From a virus (Duplodnaviria > Heunggongvirae > Uroviricota > Caudoviricetes), in IMG/VR virus record IMGVR_UViG_3300032242_001414, positions 9,079 through 73,078 of that record: a stretch of 64,000 nucleotides of DNA; one strand, 5' to 3'. A program made the translations under genes and the position numbers. The notes under the pieces were generated by a model. The model had not been told where the DNA came from. It saw nothing but the letters and a program-made list of their open reading frames with translations, and did no database searches. Positions within the stretch are counted from its first letter, which is position 1; each line of letters starts with the position of its first letter. Below, piece after piece: positions 25,271 through 35,467 of this stretch.

Positions 25271-25627
25271 ATGGAAAAGACCAACAACATTATTGTACAG
25301 AAGCTTAGGACACAGCTAGAAGATAGCTTTGGTGTAGCTGAGAAGTATTATAGCTTGTTGTCAGCTGTTAACAATTTAGGATTAACACCTAGAGAGATAC
25401 AATTGATAGCTTTTACAGCTATTAAGGGAAACATCTCCTACGCTAATATAAGAGCTGAGTTCTGTGAGAAGTATAAGAGCTCTCCTCCAACAATAAACAA
25501 TATGATTAGTAAGCTTAAGCGTATAGGGGTGTTTATTAAGGATGGTACAAAGGTGAAGGTCAATCCAGTGATTGTGCTCAACTTCGATAGGGATATTACA
25601 TTACAAATAAACCTAACGCATGGATAA
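25271..25627 (+). CDS. hypothetical protein (118 aa)
   Basis: ORF track; first gene of the plus-strand module. Confidence 0.5.
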   Translation: MEKTNNIIVQKLRTQLEDSFGVAEKYYSLLSAVNNLGLTPREIQLIAFTAIKGNISYANIRAEFCEKYKSSPPTINNMISKLKRIGVFIKDGTKVKVNPVIVLNFDRDITLQINLTHG

Positions 25628-25973
25628 GCCAGTGAGTATGTCGGTTAAGGACTTCTTGGTTAGGACACTAGCTGTGAAGATGTTGACAAGTGAGAAGACA
25701 ATAGAGGCTGTCATTAACCACCAGTTTCAGTCAGCCAACGAAGCTCTTGATTTAAATAATAGTGTGGAGATAGCTGGATTTGGAAAGTTCTTCTTTAATA
25801 GTAAGAAGGCAATGAAGAGAATAGAACAGCTGACAGTTAAAATAGCAGCTCTCGAAAAGATTATTGCAGACCCATCTACATCTGATCAGAAGAAGAGATC
25901 CTCACAGGTGACAATAGATAGGGCTCAAATAACCATCAACGAATTAAAAAATAAAACTACATATGAACATTAA
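25620..25973 (+). CDS. hypothetical protein with partial HU/IHF-like motif
   Basis: N-terminal helical region plus VEIAGFGKFFFN resembles the HU VxLxGFGxF core, but the RxGRNPxTG beta-arm is absent. Confidence 0.35.
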   Translation: MDKPVSMSVKDFLVRTLAVKMLTSEKTIEAVINHQFQSANEALDLNNSVEIAGFGKFFFNSKKAMKRIEQLTVKIAALEKIIADPSTSDQKKRSSQVTIDRAQITINELKNKTTYEH

Positions 25974-26259
25974 TTTCTCCCAGATCTATGAGGGTTGGAA
26001 GAACAACCTATTCCCAGCTAAAGAGATGAAGTCTTACATCAAGCAAGTTGGAAAGGAGAGAATGGATATTTGTGAGCAGTGTGAGTTCATCTCCACTAAA
26101 CACACCACCATTAGACCAGATGTTCATTGTACAGATTGTGGATGTACATTATCAGCAAAGACTAAATGTCTTTCATGTGCATGTCCTTTAGATAAATGGA
26201 AAGCAGTAGTTGCCTCTCAAGAAGAGGAAGAACAATTAAAAAAACAAATCCATGGATAA
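25963..26259 (+). CDS. zinc-ribbon protein (98 aa)
   Basis: CEQCEF...CTDCGC...CLSCAC Cys pairs; preceded by an AAATAAAACTACAT-ATG leader. Confidence 0.5.
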   Translation: MNINFSQIYEGWKNNLFPAKEMKSYIKQVGKERMDICEQCEFISTKHTTIRPDVHCTDCGCTLSAKTKCLSCACPLDKWKAVVASQEEEEQLKKQIHG

Positions 26260-26515
26260 TAACGAAGTATTAACAATTAGAAAGATTCCATTAGATGGCT
26301 TTATAGATATTCTGATGGATTTATATAATAAGGGTGTAGATTATATTGACATCACAGGGGTGACTAATGAGCACTCAGATAAGATGGCTATATCCTTTAC
26401 GTCTGAATATATGATGGAAGGAGTTGAAGAAAACTTTGAAGACACTCCTCCATTAGATATAAAAGATTTACTAAATCAAAAACTGTCTCAAGAAGACTTA
26501 GATGAATTAATATGA
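26252..26515 (+). CDS. hypothetical acidic protein (87 aa)
   Basis: ORF track. Confidence 0.45.
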   Translation: MDNNEVLTIRKIPLDGFIDILMDLYNKGVDYIDITGVTNEHSDKMAISFTSEYMMEGVEENFEDTPPLDIKDLLNQKLSQEDLDELI

Positions 26516-26796
26516 GAAAAGACCAATACCAACAGGCTCTTCATATTCTACAGGAACTACATAAAGACTTCCCTACATACAACTTGGGAAGACACCTATC
26601 AACAGCTTTAGCAGACTATGGAGATATATGGGGAATGACTGATAAAGAAATTGTATTTGCTCTAGAGAAATATAAAAGTGAGATTGAGATGGATGTCCCT
26701 CATCCAGATGAGTCAGAGATAGATAGGATAATTAAGGAGGGAATGGATTTAGATAACATACTAAAAGAGGAGGAGTCAGATGGCGACAACTATTAA
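26512..26796 (+). CDS. hypothetical protein (94 aa)
   Basis: ORF track. Confidence 0.45.
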   Translation: MRKDQYQQALHILQELHKDFPTYNLGRHLSTALADYGDIWGMTDKEIVFALEKYKSEIEMDVPHPDESEIDRIIKEGMDLDNILKEEESDGDNY

Positions 26797-27115
26797 AAAA
26801 ACTACATATGTAAATACAGAGCTTGAATGGGCTGAGTCACAACTCAAAACATGGAAGGCTTATGTAGATGCAAATCCCTTACATGAACTGAAGGATAGAA
26901 TTGAATGGAAACCTACAGCTAAAGGAGGAATGTTACCAATGGTAATAGCCAGTATTGAAGCTCAGGGTAAGTTTGTCCAAGAGACAATGAAGAACTATCT
27001 AGCGTTGGTTGAGGTGGTAGATAAGCTAAGAAGTATAGAAGAAGCAAAGGTGGAGGTTAGAGGTAAGGGTGAATTGTCAGGAGCTGCTGCTGAATTCTTA
27101 GCAAATAGAAAATAA
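26780..27115 (+). CDS. hypothetical protein (111 aa); positional candidate for small terminase subunit
   Basis: Immediately upstream of, and overlapping, the large terminase gene; no recognisable motif. Confidence 0.4.
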   Translation: MATTIKKTTYVNTELEWAESQLKTWKAYVDANPLHELKDRIEWKPTAKGGMLPMVIASIEAQGKFVQETMKNYLALVEVVDKLRSIEEAKVEVRGKGELSGAAAEFLANRK

Positions 27116-29160
27116 TGAACGAACTACAAAGCATAGATTATAAAGATTGGTTTATAAACCAGAAGAGACTTCCAGATAAGGATTCTTCTGAGTGCAAATC
27201 TTTTTATGATTTTCATAAAGATCTATGTCTAAACGGTGCTATGATGGGGGGTGTTTATATCAACCCCTTTCTATATTGGCACCTTAACATCTGGCATACA
27301 GAGGTGGATGTTATTGATAGTTATGGAAGGATTGCACAGAAATATGCAAATCCTCTCCTAAGAGATAATGAATGGTTAGTAACAAACGAAATTGATAGAG
27401 CTCAGCAAGAAAAGCGAGGTTTGGTCATTCTAGGTATTAGACGTTTTGCTAAATCCGTTCTTGAAGCATCCTATATTGCATGGGGTGCCACCTTTGATGA
27501 GAACAGTCAGAATATTATTGCAGGCTTAAATGCCCCAGATATTAAACTGATCACTGATAAGATAGACAAAGGATTGAATTTCATTCCTGAGTATTGGAGA
27601 TGGCAGAGGATTGAGGACAACTGGAAGAACCAAGTGACTTTAGGTATAAAGACTAAGTCTGGTGAACGTATCCCATTCTCTTCCATTCTAATACGTAACC
27701 TTGATGAAGGTAATAATGAAGAGGCAATTGCAGGTACAAAACCACGTAAATTAATTATAGATGAAATTGGTAAGGGTAATTTTCTTCGAGGCTTACAAGC
27801 TGCTATACCAGGTTTCACCACTCCTTATGGCTGGGGATGTTCTCCAATTCTTACTGGTACTGGTGGTGACATGAAGAAATTCATGGATGCAAAAAGCTTA
27901 ATGTTTGATGTAGACAACTTTAATTTTCTTACATATAATAATAGTAAAGATGAACAACGTATACATGGATTGTTCATTCCTGCTAAATATAGAATGGAGG
28001 CAAAGGAGGAATCTAGCCTTGGAGAATTCTTAAATGAACCTGTTGGTTCAGACTTACATCAGATTAAAATGCTTGTAAGTAATGAGCAGAAAGCTATTGA
28101 TATAACCAACAATAACTTAGAAAGACTTAAGAAAGCTGGTGATCGTGTTGCCTATTTAAAGGAGAAGATGTATTACCCACAAGAAGTGGATGATATATTC
28201 TTGAATGAGGACACTAACATCTTTGATATTGAATCAGCTAAGAGACAGAAGTTTAGACTGCAACAGGTGGAAAGAACAGGAACTCCTGTCATATTATATA
28301 TGGATGATAATGGTGGTATAGCTCATGAGTTTACAGATAAGCTTCCCATCACCAACTTCCCATTGAAGAACAGTGATAACAAAGATGCACCTATTGTTAT
28401 ATATGAATTCCCTGTAGAAAGTCCTGCATATGGATTATATGTAGCAGGAGTCGATCCTTACAGACAAGGACAATCAGCATATTCAAGCTCATTAGGAGCA
28501 GTTTATATTTATAAACGAATGCATGATCTTACAGGTGAGAAATATCAAGATATGTTCGTAGCTTCGTATTGTGCAAGACCAGATAATAAAGAAACATGGA
28601 ATGAACAAGCCAGATTCCTTATTAAGTATTACAATGCACGTACGCTCTGTGAAAATGATGATATATCCTTTATTGAATATATGAAGAGTAAAGGAGATGC
28701 TCACTATCTAGAAAGACAACCAGATTGGCTTAAAGAAATAGTTCCAGCAACCACTGTAAAAAGAGATTATGGAATTCATCGTTCAAGTCAGAAAATAATT
28801 GACTATCTTCACACTTGTTTAAAGAAGTATATGGAAGAAGCAATATATGTTGAGAAGGATGAGAATGGTGTGGTGATAAAGGAAACATTGGGAGTGAATA
28901 AGATATTTGATCCTGTTCTCCTTGAGGAAATTATACAATATAATGACCAAGGAAACTTTGACCGTATCATTGCTGCAGAATTAGCTATAGCTCAAGCAAT
29001 GAAGATGGACCCAATTATGGGTAAGGCTGGAGGATCAGGAGATGCAAGAGTGAAGGCAATGTTCTCTAAGAAACAAGGGAATGTATTATTTACAGATTCA
29101 AGAGCAGGGATGTTTGGCAAATCCCCTAATAGATATAAACGAAATAAATTGTTTACATAA
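27115..29160 (+). CDS. terL: terminase large subunit
   Basis: 681 aa; Walker A-like LGIRRFAKS (cf. T4 gp17 SRQLGKT), Walker B LIIDEIGK, C-terminal nuclease-like acidic motifs (YVAGVDPYRQG); followed directly by a portal-sized gene. Confidence 0.75.
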   Translation: MNELQSIDYKDWFINQKRLPDKDSSECKSFYDFHKDLCLNGAMMGGVYINPFLYWHLNIWHTEVDVIDSYGRIAQKYANPLLRDNEWLVTNEIDRAQQEKRGLVILGIRRFAKSVLEASYIAWGATFDENSQNIIAGLNAPDIKLITDKIDKGLNFIPEYWRWQRIEDNWKNQVTLGIKTKSGERIPFSSILIRNLDEGNNEEAIAGTKPRKLIIDEIGKGNFLRGLQAAIPGFTTPYGWGCSPILTGTGGDMKKFMDAKSLMFDVDNFNFLTYNNSKDEQRIHGLFIPAKYRMEAKEESSLGEFLNEPVGSDLHQIKMLVSNEQKAIDITNNNLERLKKAGDRVAYLKEKMYYPQEVDDIFLNEDTNIFDIESAKRQKFRLQQVERTGTPVILYMDDNGGIAHEFTDKLPITNFPLKNSDNKDAPIVIYEFPVESPAYGLYVAGVDPYRQGQSAYSSSLGAVYIYKRMHDLTGEKYQDMFVASYCARPDNKETWNEQARFLIKYYNARTLCENDDISFIEYMKSKGDAHYLERQPDWLKEIVPATTVKRDYGIHRSSQKIIDYLHTCLKKYMEEAIYVEKDENGVVIKETLGVNKIFDPVLLEEIIQYNDQGNFDRIIAAELAIAQAMKMDPIMGKAGGSGDARVKAMFSKKQGNVLFTDSRAGMFGKSPNRYKRNKLFT

Positions 29161-31742
29161 TGGCAATTATAAGGTATACAAAAGACGCTACCATAAGGTA
29201 TGCATATTTAAACATCTTCCCTGACCAGTTCAAGACTGATAAGGAGAAGCAAGATGAGAGTTGGGTGAAGAACACAATGGACTACTTTGCAAACAAAGCT
29301 TATGCTGAGTATATAAAGAACAGAGATACATTTGTTAAAAACTACGATTTGGTTAAGGGAATCCTACGTATGGAAGACTTTTACCAAGAACCACAAGTGA
29401 GAAGTTTTACAGATGTGCTTACAGCAGACTTACAGCTTCCAGCATATGTGAAGATGTATTCTATTATCAGCACTCCTCTTAATGAGCTAGTTGGTGAAAT
29501 AAGTAAAAGACCAGATGCTTTCCGTGTGAAAGCTTTTGATGACGATAGTCAGTCTGAAGAACTAGAATTCAAAACTAAAATTCTTCAAGATTATGTAATC
29601 TCTCAAGCTAAACAAAAGATTCAAGAGGATGCAGCTATTCAGGGACAAGAAATAGATGATGATCAATTGCAGCAAATGACTCTTGATGAGGTGAAAGATG
29701 AACTTGATAGTTATACATCTATAGCTGAGAAGTGGGCTAACCACGTTCTTACATCTCAAAAAGCTGAGTTTGTTCTTAAGGAGAAATCAGAAGATGCATT
29801 TAGAGACTTATTAATATCTGCTAGAGAGTTCTATCATATCTATGAGGACAACTCTAAACTTGGATTTAATATAGAAGTGGCTAACCCAAAGAATACATTC
29901 TTCTTAACTACACCAGATAGAAAGTATATTTCAGATCCTACAGGTAGAGCACAAGGTGCATATGCTGCTGGTATTGTGCAAGTTATGGAGCTATCTGAAA
30001 TCATTGAGACATTCCCTGACTTAACTAAAGAAGAGATTGATCACTTACGTAGCTCATTACAAGACTATGGTTTGATCAATGTACGTGAGTCTAACTTAGG
30101 TAATCCTAATGCTACACCAGGTATTGACTCAGTTCAATATGATACATATGATCCTCTTGTTCTACAAACTAGAATGATTATTGAATCTGAGATGAAAGAG
30201 AATGATGATGGTTTGAAAGACTTCTTAGGACTAACGTCAAACGTTAGTAGTTTTGGTTACAAATATGTTGTAGTGAGAACCTATTGGATCTCCAAGAAGA
30301 AGATTGGTAAGTTAATCTACATGGATGAAATGGGTAACGAACAATCTATACTTGTAGATGAGAACTATAAATCTGGTACTATCCCTACACAAACTTCATT
30401 AGAATGGGGATGGATTAACCAATGGTATCAAGGAGTGAAGATTGGTCCAGATATCTACAATATCAAACCATTCAAATTATTAGACTATTGTCCTATTATA
30501 GGATTGGTTCATGAGGTGAAGAATACAGAGGCTAAGTCTTTGATAGACTTGATGAAACCATTCCAGGTGTTATATAATGTATGTATGAATCAGCTTTACA
30601 AGCTTCTTGAGAAAGAGGTGGGTAAGGTGTATTTAACATCTATCAGACACGTACCAGTTCCTAAAGATGGTGATGCACAGGATGCATTAGATGTATGGGA
30701 AATGGAAGCACGTAATAGAGGGGTTGTATTTATAGATGACTCTCCTGAGAACTTAAAGAGCCCAAGCTCATTTAACCAGTTTAGAGATATTGACCTTACA
30801 CGTACGCAAGAGATTCAATCTAGATATACACTTGCTATGCAATTAAAGAATGAGTGTTGGGAATTGATAGGTATGTCTAAGCAACGTTTAGGATCTATCT
30901 CTGCTAGTGAATCTGCTACAGGTACAAATACAGCTATCCAACAATCTTATTCTCAAACTGAGCCATTATTTGTAGCTCATGAGTATGTATTAGGACAATT
31001 ATACCAAGCTATTATTGATGCTGCTTTATATGTAGAAAGTAGGAAACCACAATCTACTATTTCTTACATTACATCTGAAGGAGAATCTGCATTTGTTTCT
31101 GTTAATGGATCTGAGCTTAAGTTCCGTGATCTTAAAGTGTTCTTAACTAACAGACCAGAAGATAAAAAGATGTTTGATGAAATCAGAGGATTGTCTCAAG
31201 CTGTTCTTCAAAACGGTGGTAGTTTACATGATATTATTGAGCTTTATAGCACTAACTCTGTACGTCAGATGAAGAAGGTATTTAAAGTGCTTAAGAATAG
31301 ACAAGATGAGATACAGAGTCAACAATTGCAACAGAAGCAACAACAGTTGGATCAACAACAACAACAAGCTGAAGCTGCATTACAACAAGCTCAACAACAA
31401 CATGAGGAGAAAATTGCTCATGATGATTACCAAAAAGAACTTGATCGTATTAATAAAGTTCAGGTGGCTACAATTATTGCTGAAGGTAAAGAGAAAGTTC
31501 CATTGGATGCAGATCAATCAGGAATACCTGATGCATTGGAAATCAGCAAGTTAACTCATGAACAAGACAAAGCTGCTAAAGATTATCAACTTAAAATGAA
31601 TGAAATTCAAAATAATAGTAGACATGATGCAGAAAAGATGGCAATAGAAAGAGAAAAAATACAATTAGCTAGAGAAAACCAAGTAAACGATCTTGCTATT
31701 GCAAAAGAAAATGCAAAGAACAGATCTAATAAAACCAAATAA
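29160..31742 (+). CDS. putative portal protein (860 aa) with Gln-rich C-terminal coiled coil
   Basis: Position directly after terL with start/stop overlap; size; C-terminal QSQQLQQKQQQLDQQQQQAEAALQQAQQQHEEK. Confidence 0.55.
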   Translation: MAIIRYTKDATIRYAYLNIFPDQFKTDKEKQDESWVKNTMDYFANKAYAEYIKNRDTFVKNYDLVKGILRMEDFYQEPQVRSFTDVLTADLQLPAYVKMYSIISTPLNELVGEISKRPDAFRVKAFDDDSQSEELEFKTKILQDYVISQAKQKIQEDAAIQGQEIDDDQLQQMTLDEVKDELDSYTSIAEKWANHVLTSQKAEFVLKEKSEDAFRDLLISAREFYHIYEDNSKLGFNIEVANPKNTFFLTTPDRKYISDPTGRAQGAYAAGIVQVMELSEIIETFPDLTKEEIDHLRSSLQDYGLINVRESNLGNPNATPGIDSVQYDTYDPLVLQTRMIIESEMKENDDGLKDFLGLTSNVSSFGYKYVVVRTYWISKKKIGKLIYMDEMGNEQSILVDENYKSGTIPTQTSLEWGWINQWYQGVKIGPDIYNIKPFKLLDYCPIIGLVHEVKNTEAKSLIDLMKPFQVLYNVCMNQLYKLLEKEVGKVYLTSIRHVPVPKDGDAQDALDVWEMEARNRGVVFIDDSPENLKSPSSFNQFRDIDLTRTQEIQSRYTLAMQLKNECWELIGMSKQRLGSISASESATGTNTAIQQSYSQTEPLFVAHEYVLGQLYQAIIDAALYVESRKPQSTISYITSEGESAFVSVNGSELKFRDLKVFLTNRPEDKKMFDEIRGLSQAVLQNGGSLHDIIELYSTNSVRQMKKVFKVLKNRQDEIQSQQLQQKQQQLDQQQQQAEAALQQAQQQHEEKIAHDDYQKELDRINKVQVATIIAEGKEKVPLDADQSGIPDALEISKLTHEQDKAAKDYQLKMNEIQNNSRHDAEKMAIEREKIQLARENQVNDLAIAKENAKNRSNKTK

Positions 31743-31744
31743 AT

Positions 31745-32272
31745 ATGTTAGATGGTAATATTCTAATAAGCACCTTAGAATGGGTAGGTGAAAAATGGAA
31801 AGATTACATTTCTCCTATAGTAATACTTAGATGTTATGAAGGAGGGGTGCTTCTTAGAATAGGAAAATATAAACATGAACTTAGAGAAGGATGGAACTGG
31901 AAACTACCAATTATAGATGAAATACATACAGTTGTTAAAACTATAGATACATTTCATGTAGCAGCTGTTGATATAACCACTCTTGATGGTAAACAAGTCT
32001 CTGTTGAACCAATTATTAAATTTGATATAGTCGATTTTAAAAAATATCTTGTAGATACTAATAATGCATCTGACAATCTACATGATGTAGTGAGAGGTGT
32101 AATAGCTGATCACCTGACAGATTGTAATTGGGATGAGATTAAAGACAAGAAAACCCTAACCCAAATCAAAAATAAACTTAAAAATGAGGCTGATGATGTG
32201 GGGGTAAACATCATAAAAGTTTATTTTGGAAGGGTAGTTACTACTAAAATGTTTACTGTTTTTAAAGAATAA
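31745..32272 (+). CDS. hypothetical protein (175 aa)
   Basis: ORF track. Confidence 0.5.
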   Translation: MLDGNILISTLEWVGEKWKDYISPIVILRCYEGGVLLRIGKYKHELREGWNWKLPIIDEIHTVVKTIDTFHVAAVDITTLDGKQVSVEPIIKFDIVDFKKYLVDTNNASDNLHDVVRGVIADHLTDCNWDEIKDKKTLTQIKNKLKNEADDVGVNIIKVYFGRVVTTKMFTVFKE

Positions 32273-32407
32273 TAAACATTTTTGGTTATAGTAAAAAATA
32301 TTAATGCTATATTATCCTGAATATCAGGCCTTATAGTGTTCTATCTCTTTGCTATTAATTTAACTTGATATACTTTTACATTGAAAACCAAATAAATACA
32401 ACTACAT

Positions 32408-33682
32408 ATGGCTGAGAATTTAGATAACCAATCATTTGGTAACTTTAGTATTCAAGATACTATGGATATGGGAATGGGAAGTGCAGAACTATTAAACGAT
32501 TTAATGGGACCTGAAACTTCTACAACTAACCCAGATGATATTCAGGATATTAACACTCCTGAAAAAACTACTGAACCTGCTCCTGCTCCTGCAAAAAAGG
32601 CAGCACCTGCAGCAGAAATTGATAGTAAAGAAAAGGAAGATTCTACTAAATCCCTTCAGGATTTCCTTTTAGGAGATGATAAAGAAGAAGAGGAAGAAGA
32701 AGAAGAAACTCCTGCTCCTACAAAAACTAAAACTCCAAAAGCTGAAACAACTGAATCTGAGGAAACTACAGAAGATGATGATGAAGAAGCAGCACCTGAA
32801 TCTACATTCAGTTCATTAGCTAAAGACCTATTTAAGTTAGGTGTATTTTCTGCTGATGAGGATGAGGATGAAGAACCAATTAGCACTCCTGAACAATTCC
32901 TTGAGCGTTTTAATGCTGAGAAGAAGAAGGGAGCTATTGAAGTGGTAAACAACTTCATTGGACAGTTTGGAGAAGATTATCAAAATGCATTTGATGCCAT
33001 ATTTGTAAAAGGAGTTGATCCTAAAGAATATTTTGGCACATTCAATAAAATACAGTCTTTTGCTGAGATGGACCTTGCTCAAGAGGACAATCAAGTATCA
33101 GTGCTTAAACAAGCCTTACTTGAACAAGGGTTTGAACCTGAAGATATTACAACAGAGATTGAAAGACTTAAAAACTATGGTGATTTAGAATCAGTTGCTA
33201 CTAAACATCATAAAGTGTTGGTTAAGAAAGAAGCTGTAAAGCTTCAACAACTAGAACAACAAAAGGAACAACAATTACAAGCTCAAGCTCAATATAAGCA
33301 ACAATATGCTGCTAATATTACAAATGTTCTTCAAGATAAATTGAAGGCTAAAGAGTTTGATGGTATTCCTTTAAACCCAAAACTTGCTGGTGAACTACAA
33401 GATTTCCTAGTTACAGATAGATACAAAACTCCTACAGGTGAAATGCTTACAGAGTTTGATCGTACTATCCTAGATCTAAAGAGACCTGAGAATCATGAGA
33501 AGAAAGTTAAGGTGGGACTTTTACTAAAGATATTAGAAAAAGATCCTACATTATCTACCATTCAAAAGACAGGTATCACCAAAAAGTCCAATGAGTTATT
33601 TGGTGAGGTAGCTAGACAAGCACAAAAGAGTGCAGTGAAATCAAGTAAAGCCCCAGCAAAATCTAACTCTTGGTTTGTATAA
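32408..33682 (+). CDS. acidic protein with PA repeats and a Glu run, putative scaffolding protein
   Basis: PAPAPAKKAAPAAE, EEEEEEEE, acidic/coiled-coil composition, located just upstream of the capsid gene; preceded by the conserved AACCAAATAAATACAACTACAT-ATG leader. Confidence 0.4.
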   Translation: MAENLDNQSFGNFSIQDTMDMGMGSAELLNDLMGPETSTTNPDDIQDINTPEKTTEPAPAPAKKAAPAAEIDSKEKEDSTKSLQDFLLGDDKEEEEEEEETPAPTKTKTPKAETTESEETTEDDDEEAAPESTFSSLAKDLFKLGVFSADEDEDEEPISTPEQFLERFNAEKKKGAIEVVNNFIGQFGEDYQNAFDAIFVKGVDPKEYFGTFNKIQSFAEMDLAQEDNQVSVLKQALLEQGFEPEDITTEIERLKNYGDLESVATKHHKVLVKKEAVKLQQLEQQKEQQLQAQAQYKQQYAANITNVLQDKLKAKEFDGIPLNPKLAGELQDFLVTDRYKTPTGEMLTEFDRTILDLKRPENHEKKVKVGLLLKILEKDPTLSTIQKTGITKKSNELFGEVARQAQKSAVKSSKAPAKSNSWFV

Positions 33683-33722
33683 TTACAAATAAATAAATTA
33701 AAAAATTTAAAACAATAAAAAA

Positions 33723-35276
33723 ATGGCAATTCAAACAATTCCAGGTTTAACTGGTTTTACCTATGCTAGAGTAGCTTCTATGGACAAGCGTGCTGTAGGT
33801 AAATTAACAGATGCAAACCACTTGGAAAGCTTTCACTCTACAGAGCCAGCAGACTATGATAAGAAAATCATTAGCTTGTATACTCAGAGCTCTCTTTACA
33901 GTAATGACTTCTTGGACATGATTAACAAGAGCACTCCTTACTATATCGATAACAACAGTGATGCTTGGAAGTGGCAAGTTCAAGTTCCATACAAATTCCC
34001 TAAAATCATTGACATCCCTACTACAACTTTAGAGTTATCTAAGCCAGGTATTGATGGTCAAGAGTTCCAATTGATTATTGACACAAACGAATTCTCTAAG
34101 AATGCTATCGTTTCTGTTGGTACTCGTCAATATGGTCCTCGTTTCTATGTTGTGAAAGATCCTCAACCATGGAACGTTGGTTATTTGTATACTTTCACAT
34201 TAGTTACAGACAATCCAGTTGTAGACTTCGTAAGCCCAGTATTCTTAAGAATTGGTATCGAATTAGAATTGGTTGATGCTGCTATTGGTGAATTTGATCA
34301 AGACTTATTAGGTCTTCCTCGTTTAGGTGAGCAAATCACAATGTTTGAATCTTTAGGTTCTGCATATGGTTATGAGCACAAGATCACTGAGTGGGCTGAT
34401 GATAAGATGATGAGAGATGCTTCTGGTAAACCTTTAGATATTTTGGTATATGCTCCTCAAAGACGTAACCAATTACCTTTAACTCGTAATGATGTTAAAT
34501 GGGAACCATTTATTGAGTTCTGGATGCGTAAGTCTATGTTAGAATTAAAAGTTAAGCGTATGATCTGGGCTAAGCCTGGTACCGTGAAGACTAATGGTTC
34601 TAAGCAAGAATTAAAGAGAACTTCTGCTGGTGTATACCACAGAATGCGTAATAACGGTAACTTAGTACAATACAACCGTGGTGAGTTCACTGCAAACTTG
34701 ATTCGTTCAGTGTTTGGTGACTTGTTCTACAGACGTGTTGATGTTAAGGATCGTAGAGTTAAAATGTACACTAATGAAGCTGGTTTTGACGTGTTCCAAC
34801 AAGCTTTAAAGAATGATGCATTAAATTCAGGTTTAACTTTCATGGCTGATTCTGGTAATCGTTATTTACAAGGAGAAGGTCAACATATCACTTACAACTT
34901 TGCATTCGATGCAATGGTAACTCGTGAGACTGGTCGTGTTGAACTTATTCACTTGAAAGAGTTAGACTTACCTCAAACTAACTTAGAATTTGGACAAAAC
35001 AAGAAATCAACTCCAGTATTTATGGTGTTTGATGTATCTCCAATGTCTGATGGTTCTATGGTTAACAATATCCGTGAAGTACGTATGAAGGGTGCACCTT
35101 CTATGACTTGGGGTTATATCGATGGTACTCGTCACCACTTAGGTTTTGCTAAGTCTCAAGGTATGAGTTCTGCGAACAAATTCCCTGGATATGAAATCTG
35201 GATGAAAGATCGTTGTGATGTATTCATCGAGGATTTATCTCGTACAGTATTGATTGAAGAAATTCCTCAATTCTAA
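33723..35276 (+). CDS. major capsid protein (517 aa)
   Basis: Follows the scaffold-like gene; codon usage differs from neighbours (Arg as CGT, Gly as GGT, frequent GTT/GCT/TTC), indicating high expression; followed by two strong hairpins. Confidence 0.65.
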   Translation: MAIQTIPGLTGFTYARVASMDKRAVGKLTDANHLESFHSTEPADYDKKIISLYTQSSLYSNDFLDMINKSTPYYIDNNSDAWKWQVQVPYKFPKIIDIPTTTLELSKPGIDGQEFQLIIDTNEFSKNAIVSVGTRQYGPRFYVVKDPQPWNVGYLYTFTLVTDNPVVDFVSPVFLRIGIELELVDAAIGEFDQDLLGLPRLGEQITMFESLGSAYGYEHKITEWADDKMMRDASGKPLDILVYAPQRRNQLPLTRNDVKWEPFIEFWMRKSMLELKVKRMIWAKPGTVKTNGSKQELKRTSAGVYHRMRNNGNLVQYNRGEFTANLIRSVFGDLFYRRVDVKDRRVKMYTNEAGFDVFQQALKNDALNSGLTFMADSGNRYLQGEGQHITYNFAFDAMVTRETGRVELIHLKELDLPQTNLEFGQNKKSTPVFMVFDVSPMSDGSMVNNIREVRMKGAPSMTWGYIDGTRHHLGFAKSQGMSSANKFPGYEIWMKDRCDVFIEDLSRTVLIEEIPQF

Positions 35277-35287
35277 TAAATGCCCCT

Positions 35288-35378
35288 CTGAGGATAGTAT
35301 CCTTAGACTGACACCCCTGGTGTTTCGCATAAAAAAATCAGAAGATGTTCCCCCCACCTCCCAGTGGGGGAATCTTCT
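35288..35378 (+). terminator. tandem hairpins downstream of the capsid gene (terminator or RNA-stability element)
   Basis: Near-palindrome CTGAGGATAGTATCCTTAG (35288-35306), then GC-rich stem CCCCCAC/GTGGGGG (35351-35357 / 35364-35370) extended by GAAGAT/ATCTTC (35341-35346 / 35373-35378); no clear U-tract. Confidence 0.4.
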
Positions 35379-35467
35379 AAACTACAGATGGATGAGTTGG
35401 AGAAATTCCCAATTGCATTCCCTTCGATGGGAACCATCTGCAAATAAACCAAATAAAACAACTACAT

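Noticed and set aside
25620-25973. Full HU/IHF histone-like protein call
   Set aside because: Only the N-terminal helices and the GFGxF core match; the DNA-binding beta-arm (RxGRNPxTG) is missing. Kept only as a low-confidence partial motif.
32656-33094. Two minus-strand ORFs inside the scaffold-like gene
   Set aside because: Antisense to a plus-strand gene in a uniformly plus-strand operon; Ser-rich translations mirror the antisense of GAA/GAT runs.
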